DNA of 64,000 nt from Phoronis australis (taxonomy: Eukaryota; Animalia; Phoronida): contig NMRA01000007.1 in the NCBI GenBank assembly GCA_002633005.1, forward strand, positions 564,700 to 628,699, given 5' to 3'. This document shows positions 36,701 through 49,100 of this stretch, piece after piece. The position numbers were made by a program, and so were the translations under genes. Below the pieces are notes generated by a model. The model searched no databases and was not told the origin of the DNA. It worked only from the letters and a program-made list of their open reading frames with translations. Position 1 is the stretch's first letter, and each line of letters begins with the position of its first letter.

Positions 36701-36872
36701 GTGGTTATTTGTAGCTCTCTGTCACAGCGTCTTGAAAGCGTGAAGCTGTTTAGAAGCAGGTCACCATAATATTGTTTCCACACCTTGATTTTATACTCAC
36801 AACTTTCTCAGATTTGAGTAATTTGCGAATGACGTCAGCGTCCAGGATTCTATCCGTGTTTGCCACAGGTCT
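22502..36872 (-). CDS. Glycoprotein hormone receptor-like GPCR (LGR type A / invertebrate LGR1; TSHR/FSHR/LHCGR family), 5'-partial; exons 36801-36872, 36069-36143, 34760-34834, 33668-33742, 29391-29462, 26959-27027, 26279-26353, 22502-24791
   Basis: Seven phase-2 LRR exons with GT-AG sites splice in frame to a terminal exon (total 2803 nt = 1 nt + 934 codons). The terminal exon has hinge YPHHCCAF and WNPCEDVLGY, TM2 FLMCNLSFADF, TM3 ERW, TM6 KRMAILVFTDF and TM7 NSCANPFLYAIFTK. Confidence 0.95.
25088..25636. mobile_element. Foldback-like TIR element with internal subrepeats, containing a nested MITE
   Basis: CAAGGGGGGAATCAAAA ... TTGTTGATTCTCCCGCTTG; repeated GACTTCAAAA / TTTTGAAGTC units in opposite orientation. 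Confidence 0.6.
25204..25364. mobile_element. hAT-like MITE, 5-bp TSD CCTCA
   Basis: CAGCAGCGGATTTAG ... CTGGATCTGCCCCTG; same family as 50027-50157. Confidence 0.8.
26279..26353 (-). CDS. LGR LRR exon (NLSQNAELSTLGDYAFEGIKELNIL), 75 nt
   Basis: tttttcttgacag / gtaagt, phase 2 to 2, LRR consensus. Confidence 0.93.
26553..26850 (+). mobile_element. Degenerate tRNA-derived SINE-like element with (AGC/AGT)n tail
   Basis: A-box-like GGTCTAGTGG, B-box GGTTCGAATC, AATAAA, then a degenerate CAG/TAG microsatellite at about 26678-26850. Confidence 0.5.
26959..27027 (-). CDS. LGR LRR exon (KLRNTGIQTIENGAFNITDITRL), 69 nt
   Basis: attacag / gtaagt, phase 2 to 2. Confidence 0.93.
28408..28837. mobile_element. 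MITE with ~63-bp TIRs
   Basis: 28408-28470 is the reverse complement of 28775-28837 (CTGCG..GCGTGAACTTGG..CCTGCTT.ATCTCAAGATC..TATGGGTGAACTTG). Confidence 0.75.
29391..29462 (-). CDS. LGR LRR exon (DFSNNLKIKTIKTGAFDRVKTYDL), 72 nt
   Basis: tttcttttctag / gtaaga, phase 2 to 2. Confidence 0.92.
30472..33251. mobile_element. 2.8-kb non-autonomous DNA transposon with ~180-bp subrepeated TIRs, TG..CA ends and 6-bp TSD
   Basis: TGATACGCCGTAAAATGTAA ... TTACATTTTACGGCGTATCA; TSD GTGCGC at 30466-30471 and 33252-33257; TIRs built of GTAAAATGTAAC units. Confidence 0.88.
32620..32705. repeat. (AGTAAT)n / (AAT)n microsatellite
   Basis: Direct reading. Confidence 0.85.
33668..33742 (-). CDS. LGR LRR exon (VIRNTGLTELPHLGVFQAEHGLSVM), 75 nt
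   Basis: gtttgcag / gtgagt; 'I.NTGL..LP' is typical of this receptor family. Confidence 0.93.
34760..34834 (-). CDS. LGR LRR exon (QIYDCPLLSKVEEGVLYHFEKLSNL), 75 nt
   Basis: catttccag / gtgagt, phase 2 to 2. Confidence 0.88.
35280..35815. repeat. ~268-bp direct duplication across single N at 35548; probable assembly overlap
   Basis: 35280-35547 vs 35549-35815, only a few SNPs. Confidence 0.85.
36069..36143 (-). CDS. LGR LRR exon (VISEDKALRYIEPLLFSYTPNLLTL), 75 nt
   Basis: tttttcag / gtaagt, phase 2 to 2. Confidence 0.92.
36801..36872 (-). CDS. LGR LRR exon (DLWQTRIESWTLTSFANYSNLRKL), 72 nt
   Basis: tttatttgcag / gtgagt, phase 2 to 2. Confidence 0.9.
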
Positions 36873-39346
36873 CTGCAAATAAAGATGTCGAGGCATTTTT
36901 GACGGGAAACAAGCAAGCTGATGACATCAGTAGTCGAATATTCACGCAGTAATGGGTATCAAAGGAGCTAAAGCAAACAAGATGTTACACAGTTTTTGTC
37001 CCACTCAGCCAACAATTAAAGTTGCATATCCTTTCCACTTAGTCCCAATGCTTGTAAGAAGTGTTTATAATAGCATCACGAAATTAGCTAATTAATAATG
37101 TAAAACTAATTTTCAAAATGTTTTTGTCGTGATAGCAATGTTTTCAACATTCGTCAGTTGAAATTATACGCAACACGGTTTCCTTTATCAGGTGACCGTA
37201 AAACGTAGTGTATAAGACACAAATAGCGTATGTTTCATTGTATTTAACTTCCGTATAAATATACGGTTGGGATTTAGACATGACCTGCAACCGAACTGGA
37301 GCGATCAAATGTTGAAAGCTTGGTCAAGCCGTAGTTTCCCGAAAAATGGTGCAGGCTTTCATCGTGAATTTCTATCATGGCAATTTTTGGGGAAAGGTAC
37401 AGTCATCACGTGGCGAGATTCTCTCGTCAGTGAGTCGGCTCATCTAAATGTAAAACTGACAAATGTACATTGCCAGTCATGGAAATCGACGCCATTTAGA
37501 GAATCCGCTCATGGTTCGACAGAGAGACAATTTACGACAAACGCAAGAAGGAGAAATGAAGCCCGGTTATCAAAATCAGAAATGGTCGGTTGGCATTCCT
37601 TTTGATGCCCGATATTACAGGCTAGATAATGGCATGTTTTTCGTCTGCAATTTGCCGCATGTGGAGATAATCTGACGAGAACTCACTCTAAATAAGATAA
37701 TAAACACTAGAGTTTGCTTACCAAGTAAATGCGATAGTTAGACATTACAAAAGTTTTGTAATCCGTATGTTTCAAGGCATCGCCACGTGGCATCTCTAAA
37801 ACAGTTACCGTGGACAAGAGAATGGTGGTGGGTGTCGAACACGATGGCTAAGAAGATGCGATAGCGACGGTGATGTTAACGATGACTGTGACGATCGTGA
37901 GAATGGCAAAATGATGATATTGACAATGATGTGCGCACTCTTGCCAAACACCGCAAAAAATATCAAGCACACAAACCCTTTACCACGGAGCCTGTGCCTA
38001 GTTGCGTGAAACAGTCCCAAATAGGAATACATCTATGCTCGTTAACTTTTCTCTGAATATGTGGATTTGTGAAAACACTGTTTGTCCATTGTTATGCTGT
38101 TTTATTTCCATATTGTTAAATAATTGTTTGTCTTTGATACAGACTGAGAGTAAGCTCTAGATTCAACTCTCAGTGCTATTGAAAATGAATAGGGGTATTT
38201 TCTTACAGCGCCTCCCATATAAGGACTAAGTTCCTATTTATTTTCATTGATCTAAGAGCTGAGCTCGTTAAGCACTACGGCACTCTAGCCAGATAAATGT
38301 TATAATGTGTTGTTGTTTTCGGTTATTTGCACTACAATCATCTGTGTTAAGAATGCCTGAGGGTGTTTGAAGTCCAGGCTCCAAGTTTAGGGTTTTTGTG
38401 CGTGGTAAGAGTTTTTGCTGAGTGTGATAAGGCTCGAAGTTGGTTTCCACACTCCGGTCGTAGGACATATTTTCACGAAAGTGTATGGTATGGTAAACCT
38501 ACTTCCATAATCTACGACTCAATCCTTTGTTTTGAGGGTCCCTTAGTATAAAAAAATGGTTTAAATAGATAGATGATTTTCAAAATCAGCAAACTACTGT
38601 ATATTTTGATCTCGAGCAAAACGTAACACTTCCTCCACATGTCACGAAAGGCGCCACGTTTCAGACAAAAAATAGTCAAAACAGAGGGGCTCGGGTTGAA
38701 ACGAGTAACAGTATACATGTGCTGTCATTAAGTGATGGGGATTTCACTTAAAATAACATCGCTGTGACTGGTGTTTTGTTTCGACCTCGCGATAATAGAG
38801 CTGTGTTTTTATAGACTTATTTCCAACCATAAGTTGTGTCACATTTTAGTGGAGTCCATTTTAGCACTCGTTCTCTGGTAACCATCATCGACAGGGTTCA
38901 AATAATTAGAACAGCTGATAACACGAATTCATCAAAGAACGGCTACAACTGTAATACCAGTATACTGCGTCGATTTGTGTTCCAATGTGCGTAATATTCG
39001 CCTTAGTTCGGAGCAGCATCGCTGGAGCAGCGCATGTATAGTTTGAACACGTGGCTTGGCACAGCATTCTTGCACCAGCGCGTGTACTAAATACAGCCCA
39101 GGGTCCCTCAATATGTTCTCAAATTATTCTAAAATGCGAGTATCAGAATATGATTCTACTATGAATTAATGAAGTTTTTCTTGTTCCCGAATACCAAAGT
39201 GCGTTTTGCACTACGTAGAAGGTAGAAAATGTATTGACTGTTTCGAGTTCAGTGGCCATTTGTACAGCCCCGGCGCAGATATCGAAGATTTTTCAACAAA
39301 GTGTCAAGGCGGATAACAATTAAAAGAACTGATTTTATTATTCCTG

Positions 39347-39495
39347 GGTTGAGTTGCATTAAACTTCAAAATTAACCGTTGGATAAGTTTGATTGTTGCC
39401 TGACGTTAAATGCATTGCTCAACAACAACAACGTCACGCGTGATAATACGACGTCATTGTTGCCATACGGCGTATAACTTTCATGCAGCTGGGCC
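39347..39495. mobile_element. PIF/Harbinger-type MITE, CTG TSD (copy of 7089-7238)
   Basis: High similarity to 7089-7238, CTG flanks. Confidence 0.8.
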
Positions 39496-40417
39496 CTGCC
39501 CGAGAAACTGTGTTGAGCAAGTGATGCAAGAGAAGTGCTCATTCCGTGGAGCATGCGACAGTTGTAAGAGGAGCAACGGTGCAGTCTATAAGTCCACTTA
39601 TCGTTTCTCTGCAATTTGAGTCAGTTGTGTCATTTGCCAATTTCTGTGCTTTGCAAAAGTTACTTTAGGATTCCTGAAACACAAAAAGCTCCATTCATCA
39701 GTTCTCAGAAAGACCGTTTTCAGATACTCATATTTCAGAGTGTTTTTATCAACATTTTTATATAGCTCGACACAGCATCGCTCCTGTTTCTCTTATATTA
39801 TTGAACAAAAATGCCTTGAAAAGGTTAGCATCACCCTCTAATTGTCCAAGGAGCACCATCTGTTACGTCGAATATCACTAGAAAGACGGTTGGAAACTTG
39901 GAATTCACGCCACTTCTTTGAAATCAATACACAGTTTGTCTCATTTTCCGTGACTATCTACAATCGTTGTAAACCAAGTTCTGACCTTAAAAACAACATC
40001 TTCAACACGGGAGTATTTCTCCTCCAAAGCAACGCCGTCGTGCTTTAAAACTTTGATTTTAAATTGGATACAATTCTGCCTTGGCGACTAAAAGTGACAT
40101 GCACTTTAGGCCTTGGGCTGCAGCACTAGCGACCTGTCATTTTTTCTAAGCATAGAAATAACTTTTAATCTGAAGAAAATTGCATTAGATGAAATCTATT
40201 TTATAACAGCACATATACGTGACCTAAATCAAAAGTTGGTTTTAGTTGACAGAAGATACACAGGTTTTTTACTATTCAATTTGTCAAAGCATTTTCACTG
40301 CTGCAAGCACTTGCATGTGCAATTGACATTGCGCATGCGCATTTCACATGAGGTAGTGGCATTTACGCTCACAAGCGACTTTCTTTTTGAGTTGAACAGG
40401 GGTGTGTTCCATAGACC

Positions 40418-40563
40418 AGGGGTCCGTTTCAAAAACTGATTTAAATTTAGTTTTACTTAAGTCTAAGATTTTTCTCAACTGTGAAATTTTAATCCGGTAA
40501 GATAGTTAAAATTAAGACAAAACCTTAAGTCAAATTTAACACCTCTTTTTTGAAACGGACTTG
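40418..40563. mobile_element. Harbinger-like MITE; inverted copy at about 56833-56985
   Basis: GGGGTCCGTTTCAAAAA ... TTTTTGAAACGGAC; internal CTTAAGTCTAAGATTTTTCTCAAC shared in reverse complement. Confidence 0.7.
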
Positions 40564-43500
40564 AGACAAAGTTAAGTTTCTCAGCTACGTCAGTAACGGG
40601 CCCCATATTGTTAGATCACGCAAGACCACGCAAAAAAAGCGAATGTTTTGCCAGCATGCCGAGACCTTACTAACGAAGTGATTGGTCGGTGTGGTTGAAA
40701 TCTTGAAGAATTTTGTGACAAAATTCAAGAATTGCAGGATACAATTCACTATTTCCGATACAAATAAATGGTTAATGTCTTGGGTAAACGGAACTCGGCC
40801 CAGATTAGTTATCGCATTGATATTTTGCTGGCCATTACGCCTCCAGCGAAAGCAGACAATGGCATAACTCGTGAAAAGTGACGTTCTACTATATAGTCAC
40901 TGTGCATCACTATCTTTTGTCTGAATAGGGTCAACATCATTAAGCAACTCCATTCAAATATGATACTTAGTGTTATCATGAAAATTTATAACAACTTTGT
41001 CTCAACTGCGTTTTGGAGTAACCAAGAAAATCAGGGCGTGATATTTGACAAACTTCTTGACACTTCTTCAACAGGTTTTGTTTCAACCCACGCTGTAGAC
41101 GTCACGCCAATTGTCAAACGACGTCAACACGAGCACGCGACGATAACTACACCGCGACGAAGTCAATTACATCAAAGTTACATTATTGATGTTTGTAATA
41201 TACTCATAAACTGACGATCCCAGTCTCGAAATTGCTATCCACTAGAGCCTTTTTACCTAATGATACTTTCAGACGAAGTTCCTATTAACAGCAATAATAC
41301 AAAATTGTCAAACCTTTTTCAAAATATAACACGCTTGACTTAACAACAACAACAACAATAAAACTCATTGAGGATACGTTTGATCAAGGCTGGAGCGGAT
41401 ATCTAAGCCACACAAACAATATCCGAATTCCCGCGGTTTCATCCAGAGGTTACAAAATTGTAATTCTGGGTCATATCCAACAGCCGCAGGAAAATAGTAC
41501 TACGGTATTGATAACTTAATTTTTGTTGTTTACAGAAGATATAAACTCCACAAATCGTTGTTAATGCACGGAAGTCGTACATTGCGTGCCTTAGTCTGCA
41601 CGGCGTGCTACATTTGACTAGAACACAGCGCAGAGTGCTTTGTGGGGCACATACATGTACATGACATGGAGAATATTCCCCGACTTCGTCACTGTTATCC
41701 ATGAAGCCTTGATTCAGCCACTCTGCCACACGAGGGCGCTGAGAAGGATCTAAAGACCGGATGTGCGCTCAGTAGACGCTAGGAACTACGCTAGGACCTA
41801 GCTAAAACCTAGTCAAAGTCACGTGCTCTCATTTAAAATGCATGGCAATATCTCACGTAATCTCGCGAAGTCTTGCTTTTTAACGAGGACTTAGCGTTAC
41901 TGAACGGGAGGCGGAAATAATGCCCAGCGTATGCCACTGCAAAGAAAATGACTGCACCACGTACTCTAACACCTAACTTATATGACCGACTTTAATCGAC
42001 GACACTGTGTTGGTTTACAGACACCAAAAATACGATAACGAGGCAATAGCAAGGTCTTTAATACTTTTTGGGATCTGAAAACCAACATATTGACAGAGTG
42101 TGGAATTGAAAACTAATTTTATTATTTTATGATTACATCGACTGAGCTTGGGATGGGACTATTTTTGGGCTTTCGACTGCATGACGATCACTCGTTCTGT
42201 CAGTCAGCTACTAGTTGCAGACATTTTTTTTTTAACTTTCACAACATGCTTGCAATGAACAAAGGGTTACCATTGCTGTTATGAGGTTACGAACGGCCAA
42301 TATGGAGAAATATTGACTCCAAAATATGAGTTTATCACGTCATAATCCTTCAAAATCCTGTGACAACACATGTTGTTGATGTGGAAATCCCGTATAGTCT
42401 GCCGAAGATCAGGGCCAACATGGATTTTAATGACTCGTGTTATTTTATTGGTTTATCATTTTTAGCTAGAAAATACTTGCATCAAGAATGTAGAGAAAGA
42501 AAACTGTTACCTGAGATAAATAAGAAAAGGTTAATATGTTTTAAAAGGTAACGGAGAAACATTCGCAAGCCATTTTGTTTTGACGTCTGCTTTTCCATAA
42601 ACAAGAGTGACGTCACCAGGTCATCCGGAGTACCTCCGGTAATTTCATAGTTTCAGTTTCCCCTCGGAAGCTGTCACGTGGCAGCGCATGTGCGAGTCAC
42701 AACGAAGGCCCTTAGGGGTTTGACCTAGAGAGGGTTAAAATCAGGGCTTATAACATGTCTCAAATACGCGACGTCATTTTGGTTCCTTTGTTTGTCTCCT
42801 GATGCTCTGTTTACTCTTATTGGGTATACCGCGCATTTGACGACATTCTCCATTTTGAGAGTCAAGTGACTTGCTGTTAAAGAGGCATGGAACGCGAAAA
42901 CTAATAAAAATACCTTTAAGCAGATCGTAGTAAATCTACTGCTTGGGGATGCTAACGTGAGAATTGTTCACCTCGAATATTGCAAAATTTTCTAGAAAAA
43001 TCGCAATTTTTAGAACACAGACGAAATCAAAACTCTTTCATCCCAGTATAATTTTCAAATTCCCCGCCTCTAGTAATGTATACGCGCATGCGCTCAAAGA
43101 AGTCGGACTGGCTGCAGCGTGAAACCACCTTTCTTTTGTTTACATCAATGGTCAAGCATATGTTCCATATTAACGAAATGTGTTGCGTCTATATCGTGCC
43201 ATATCAAATAAATCGTTTCTTTTTTGAAATTTGAAACCAAAGAAAAATGCTTTGACATCAACAGAAGCTCAAAATCTTTACGAAAAAACCTTAAAAATAG
43301 CTGTTGAACAGTTTCACTTGACGTCTGTTTCAGTGGCAGAGAACCACTTTGAATAACACACACTCGTCTCATGATCTCGCGTGGTCTTGGGCCATCTGGC
43401 TTTCTCGCAAGAAACTTGGTCTCGGGAACGCTACCCAGAGTCTACCTTCTGATTCAGTAAAGTCGTATACACGTTAGGCTATACACTTGTCTTCCGAAAT

Positions 43501-43890
43501 TTGAAATCGTACAAAATGAATTTATGGTGAGACAAAAACGACCTCACTTGAGCGAAAAGTACTTGTTGATCTTGAGTTTTCGAATTGGCCATTTATTTAC
43601 CTAAACATCATTCAACAAAGAATGGACTCACCGGAGACAGCCCAAGAGTTGTTATCTCTGCGGCGAAGGATGTTAAAGTTGAGTCTCCGATGAGTTGCCA
43701 GCAGTNAATATAGATGAGATACACTTCAGTTCGAGTACACTCGAAAACTGAGTACGTGCTCGAAATTTCGAGTACAGATTTTTCGAGTATGACATAGAAT
43801 ACACCAAAGCTGAGTCTGTACTCGAGTTGAGTATGAAGTGTGAGTTTGAGCATGACTCGAGTCTGAGTACGGAGATTGGAGACCGGGCCC

Positions 43891-44180
43891 AGGGGAGGCT
43901 TGGATGTACTTGTTACTGTAGAGTCGTCAAAATTTATCCATTCCCATGCTGACGATTTAACACAGCATGTGTAATGACCACCCGTCATGTTTCTTCCATG
44001 GAGTTCAATGACTGCTTTTATTTTATAGCCGGAGAGGTCATACGAGGAAATCTTTGTGTTGATTTTTTCACCATTAGTCGCGGTTCGTAAGATATGAATA
44101 CAAAGGTATTTGGCGGTTTTACTAATGACCATGTGAGCTGGCCACTGAGACTATTACAGTGTGGGCAACTAATGTAAAAA
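43891..44180 (-). pseudogene. Decayed intronless ubiquitin-specific protease (peptidase C19) C-terminal fragment
   Basis: CPHC (44156-44167, other frame), then YLCIHILR...YKIKAVIELHGRNMTGGHYTCCVKSSAWEWINFDDSTV = USP His-box; frameshifted and cut by a repeat at 43890. Confidence 0.8.
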
Positions 44181-46024
44181 CGCGCTGTTTATGCTATTCA
44201 CGTACAAAAACCCGTTGAGGGCTAGACAGAACTGGACAAAACTGAAATCAGAAAACGAGTTATTCCACTAGTACCGCCAAAATGTGAAAGAACCCAAGAA
44301 GATTTATCACATCTGTTTTCCCTAGACTGAAAAACGGTCAAACAAATAATAACAGACTTCGCTCCTCTTAATCTTACATGAAAATTAGGTAAAAACGAAA
44401 TTAACATGGAAGATCACTCCTAGTAATATCTTTATTTTATTTAATTCTGCGCTTATCAATTAATACGTATGGGAACATCATCTGTTCACCGTGCGATGTT
44501 CGAAGGCTGGTGAAAATCAGATTATATTCGTGTGCGTAAATTTTTAATGCTTCCTATTTAATACTGAGTCCTGCGGAGTCTAATCAAATCCATTCCCATT
44601 TCCCCCGTGCATTCGTATGTCATTTACAAAATATTTTTTAGTTCAGAACTGTGCCGCAATACTATTTTCTGAGAATTCTGTAGGCGAATGACCGTACTGA
44701 AATGTCTCTCGACAACAGAAGCCTTCAAATTCCAAGCTAATCACTGTGACCTATGTTCCGATGCTGTCGTGATTTTCTATTATTAAGAAAAACAGGCTAT
44801 TAGTAATGACTAGTGGTGCTATGAACGTGAGCGAAGAACGGTTTGCTAGAGTACCTCATTTGTTTTCTTGTAGTTAGATCTCGAACTATCATGAATAAGT
44901 ACAACTATTGAATTGACGTAATGAAAGCTACATCTAAGGTGACTGCTAGTTATTATTCCCACTATCCGGGTTAATTGGGTTTAAGACTATGGTTCGGTCT
45001 TTGTAGGTCCCTCAAATATGAAGAAAATGATGTTGGTCAGACTTGACGACAGTTTTGAGGAATAAATTGGAAGTGTTTTCCACAAATGGTATTCAGTAAT
45101 TCCTTAAAGTTGTTTTGAGTAAACTGGGTCAATAAACTTGGCCTCAGTTCTTGTCTACCAGGATACTGAAGTGCTCCCATTTTCACAGCACATCCTTGTT
45201 CAGTGTTGAATTCTTGGCACGAATTCAGATACCCATCAGGAAAGCGAAAATTATCAAAAATCTGGTTGGTAATGACATATTTAACCTAAACTTCTGCAGT
45301 CTAGAGTAAAAGAGCATTCGGATTCTGGCCCTCCTCCCCTGCACCGAGCAGTCGTGAATTTGTCAAAATGGCAAAGTTTTTGGTAATTTCTTGGCATCTC
45401 ATTTTTTCCCATGGGCGTAGGAAGGTAAAAGGACATAACTTTGTTGAGTTTCTTCATCTTTAAGATACTCCATCGATTGTACTTTCTGTCAATTTTGCTT
45501 TTTTCAGGTGTCTTCAGGTGCCTTGAGACACCTGAGCAAACAAGGGCTTTAATTGACCCAGGCAGGCAGGTGGTAAGCTAGGTCAAAATCATCATCTCGA
45601 ACTGTGGTCTTGCCCATACTTTTGAAAACCCTGGGAACTTTAGAAAAGCAAAAGTACTTGTTTTTGCTTTATGGCTCTTGGAAATAAACACACGGAGACT
45701 AGGAAGTGTGCAGGTATGGTCATAAAAGTATTTGTTTTAATTGACCTAGTTTTGATGTCAAGCACATTTCCATAGGTCACGTCGGAAACCGTCGAAATGT
45801 TTGGCCGTGGAAATATCCCTGGTGTCAACCGTTTAAAAATACCGGAATATGGCCGTCCAGGATTAAATAGCGACACTCGAATTTCACTGTACATACCCAC
45901 AATGCCGTAAACATCCGTCAGGCACATTTGCTGCCTCGTTTTCAGGCCAATGAAGTTTCAGATGTTGTTGTTGTCTGGTTCTTTACAAATTTTTCTCGGT
46001 TGCAATGCTCTATTCGTCCTTCCA

Positions 46025-46160
46025 ATGCCAACGAAATATCACTGCTGTGCTACGGTGGGCTACAACTCCGATGTGAAAAAGTTTGATAAACTGGACAAAT
46101 ACCCGTGCATGCGTGATCTGAAATTCTTCGCCTTCCCGACATCAATGAGAGACGAGAGAA
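46025..46160 (+). pseudogene. THAP zinc-finger N-terminal remnant (transposon-derived)
   Basis: MPTKYHCCATVGYNSDVKK...YPCMRDLKFFAFP resembles THAP 'MP..CC..GC.S....FF.FP'; second Cys lost; no downstream W/C/H. Confidence 0.6.
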
Positions 46161-49100
46161 TGTGCCTGATTTACAAAACTAGGTCACACACTTTCTTATC
46201 TCCGGGACAAAGGAGAGTTCTACCGCCGTGTAATCCGGTACGGCCCTATTGAAAGGCATCTTCAAGAAATGGATTTTCTTCGGTACAAAATTAACCCGAA
46301 AAACTTGCTTCGTTAGAGGGACAAATAGAGTAATACAGACGAGAAAAACTTGCAAAGAATACAAAAACAACAACGAACATGTGGAACTCCAATGACGCGA
46401 AAACGCAGACGCCGCAAAAGGGCTTGACGGATATTGCGGCATTTTGGGTAAATACAGCGAGTAACAAGGTACGGCGCTGCTGCGTTGCTATACGGTGAGT
46501 AAGTGGCATCGGGATGGGGAACGGATTAAGTATAAAGGTTCCGGGATATGATACAGTACGACCAAGCTAGAGCAGACGGAAACTGAAATGTTGAACGTTT
46601 CGGTTTCCGCAGTCAACAGTTGACCTCCACGAACAAGCAAACATTAGCATCTCATTGTTTTCATTTGGTAAACTTTCTTACAAATCAAATCAAAAACTTT
46701 GGCTAGTTTAACAATACATAGACGCGCTCATTAGCATTTAATGGACAACTGTTTATGATTTTTTTTCGGAGACTCGGAAATTCTCATTCGCGATAGCTGA
46801 CAGAGAACGCATAATGTATAGTCTACAAAAATTAATGTTTCCCCTATAAAATTTATACATTTGACGCTGAATGGGCGAGTGACGACACAAACTCCATCAT
46901 TTGTCCCTATGTTCTTTGGGTCCGTGGCCTTCTGTACTAAATAAATAAATGAAGAAAAATCAAATTTGCAGGAGTTTCAAATTAAGTTAGCGTACTATGA
47001 GTACGTTAACTGATACCATCGAAACAGGCGATATGCACTAGTGACGCTGAAACGAGAGCTAATACCAGTAATTATTTAAAGAGAGTCGATTCATCCATCC
47101 ATCATCGTTTGTATCATCCGCATAGGCTTTTATAAAACACCAGAGTATTCTTGCAGCGCACAAATTTTGTAAATATGAAACACGTTTCCCACTACATAAG
47201 GGTTCAAACGAATTCCTGTTACTCAAATCTGTCTCTGACAACGGTTTAGGATTTTCACTGGATTTGCGTTCCAAAAAAGGTGGATAAAATGCTATGGCTA
47301 AGATAAAACCATAGACTACAGTACGTGGACCGCCAACTCCGTACATTTTCAATCTGTGATCTTACGCATAAGACGTGACGTCATTATTCACTACCGACAC
47401 CTGGCAAAATTACCAAGTTTTACTTCCGGCAAGTATGTTGTACTGGACAGTAAAATAGATGCGAGAATTTCCCCACTCAACACGCTAACCGGATATTGAA
47501 ATTGGTAATTTAAGAGAGTGGCGCCTCCTCTAGAATAGTACGTAAGAAAATTGCGAATCTGTTGTTTATAATCTATGATAAAACTTAACATTTATTTGGC
47601 ATATCGTCCAGTTATGCTTTCGCCAATGCAAGATGTAAACGAGTCTCGCAGTCAACAAACCTCATTACAATTAACTCTATGGAGTTTGTCTTAGATTTAA
47701 AGGTCCAATAAACCCACGCCTTCAATAAAACACAACTTCCCGTTACGAAGCAAAATCGTGTAAAAGTGATTCTTAGGCTTGAAAACAACTAGCAGTTCGT
47801 TCGTTCTGCTTCCGGTCGTGCTCATTAAATTCTAGCTTGTTGTGGCAAGTTAGTTGCAGCCGCCGGGAAAGTGTGGCCGTCACGCATTTTATTGTCACCA
47901 ATGTCGATTCAAACTGAGGATAAGAACGCAATGGCGTTGCTTTGGAAAAGTAAACACATCCGTGAAGAAAGTTGCTTGTGACACCAGAACTTGATGCAAA
48001 CGGCAATTTTATGGTAGGCATCTGAATAACGTTGTCTCTTATTACGCCCTGAATACTGAATTTCACTTGTTCGTGTCACACTTCTGCCGAAAAGACGATC
48101 CCTGATCTTCGTGGGTTACTGACAATAATGTCCATTATGTCGATCACCATGCAACGGTCGTGCTTTTAGAGACAAACGAGTACTTTGGATCCACCTACAC
48201 TCATGGTTGGCAATGAATCAAAACACACAACCCTCAGTTTCTTAGCTTTGTAGTGTTCCAGAATGGTATTACGAGCAGGGATCATCTCATGTTTTCTACA
48301 CCTTTGTTTATATGTCGTACACACCTGTGTTGCTTCAGCGAAAACAGCGGTGCAGAAGTTCTCCGAGCTCCATACGAAGCATGACCATCGAATACAACCA
48401 CCGACATTCAGTTGCGGATCTGTTTTGGGGGTCTGAGGCCCCCGTGACAACCGACACCCATTCCACGGCCACTCTTGTCCACGCCTCTTGCTGCCAATAT
48501 CATGGACCATTTGTCGTCATGTATTACTTATACCGCGTTCAAATGTGGAAGTTTTAGAAGGTAGATTAGACGAAGAACGTTCAGAAAGCATGCCTTATGA
48601 GTAACAAAGATAATATTAATGTGCAAAAACTAATATTCTGACCAGCCACATGCGATCACCATGGGCCAACACGGCCAAACCACAAACTGCACCATTTGAA
48701 TGTAGGCTGCTCACGGTAAGAAGATGGAACTTCTCCCTGATATGGGGCAGGGCGAGAACAAAGCAGATCAGAAGCCTGACGAGCTTTCTCTTGTGGACAT
48801 TTTCAGACAGCGGGTCTGACGTAGAGATCTTTCCTTCAGGTTGGACTTCATGTGAACGCTGTATAAGACCATCCCGTTGCAAGATCAAGAACTAGCTGCA
48901 ACAGCCCTTTTTATTCGGAGGTTCTAAGCAGTGCTTGGCTAAACTTGATGGGAACTCTGGCACTGGCCACTGCCAAAAATAATTTTGAGTTCGATTTCGA
49001 ATGCAAAGATTAGTCCCCGGCCATTGGTTTCAGACGCTCATTCAACGTTGATCAAAGCTAAGCTATTTTCATGTGATTCGCGTCTCATTTGACGTACTGC

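Noticed and set aside
43632-43705. Strong minus-strand donor (CCG|gtgagt) next to N43706 as the end of receptor exon 1
   Set aside because: The frame needed to join the first LRR exon contains a TAA.
46179-46509. Minus-strand ORFs with hydrophobic stretches as candidate receptor exon 1
   Set aside because: No Cys-rich LRR N-cap and no convincing phase-2 donor; overlaps transposon debris.
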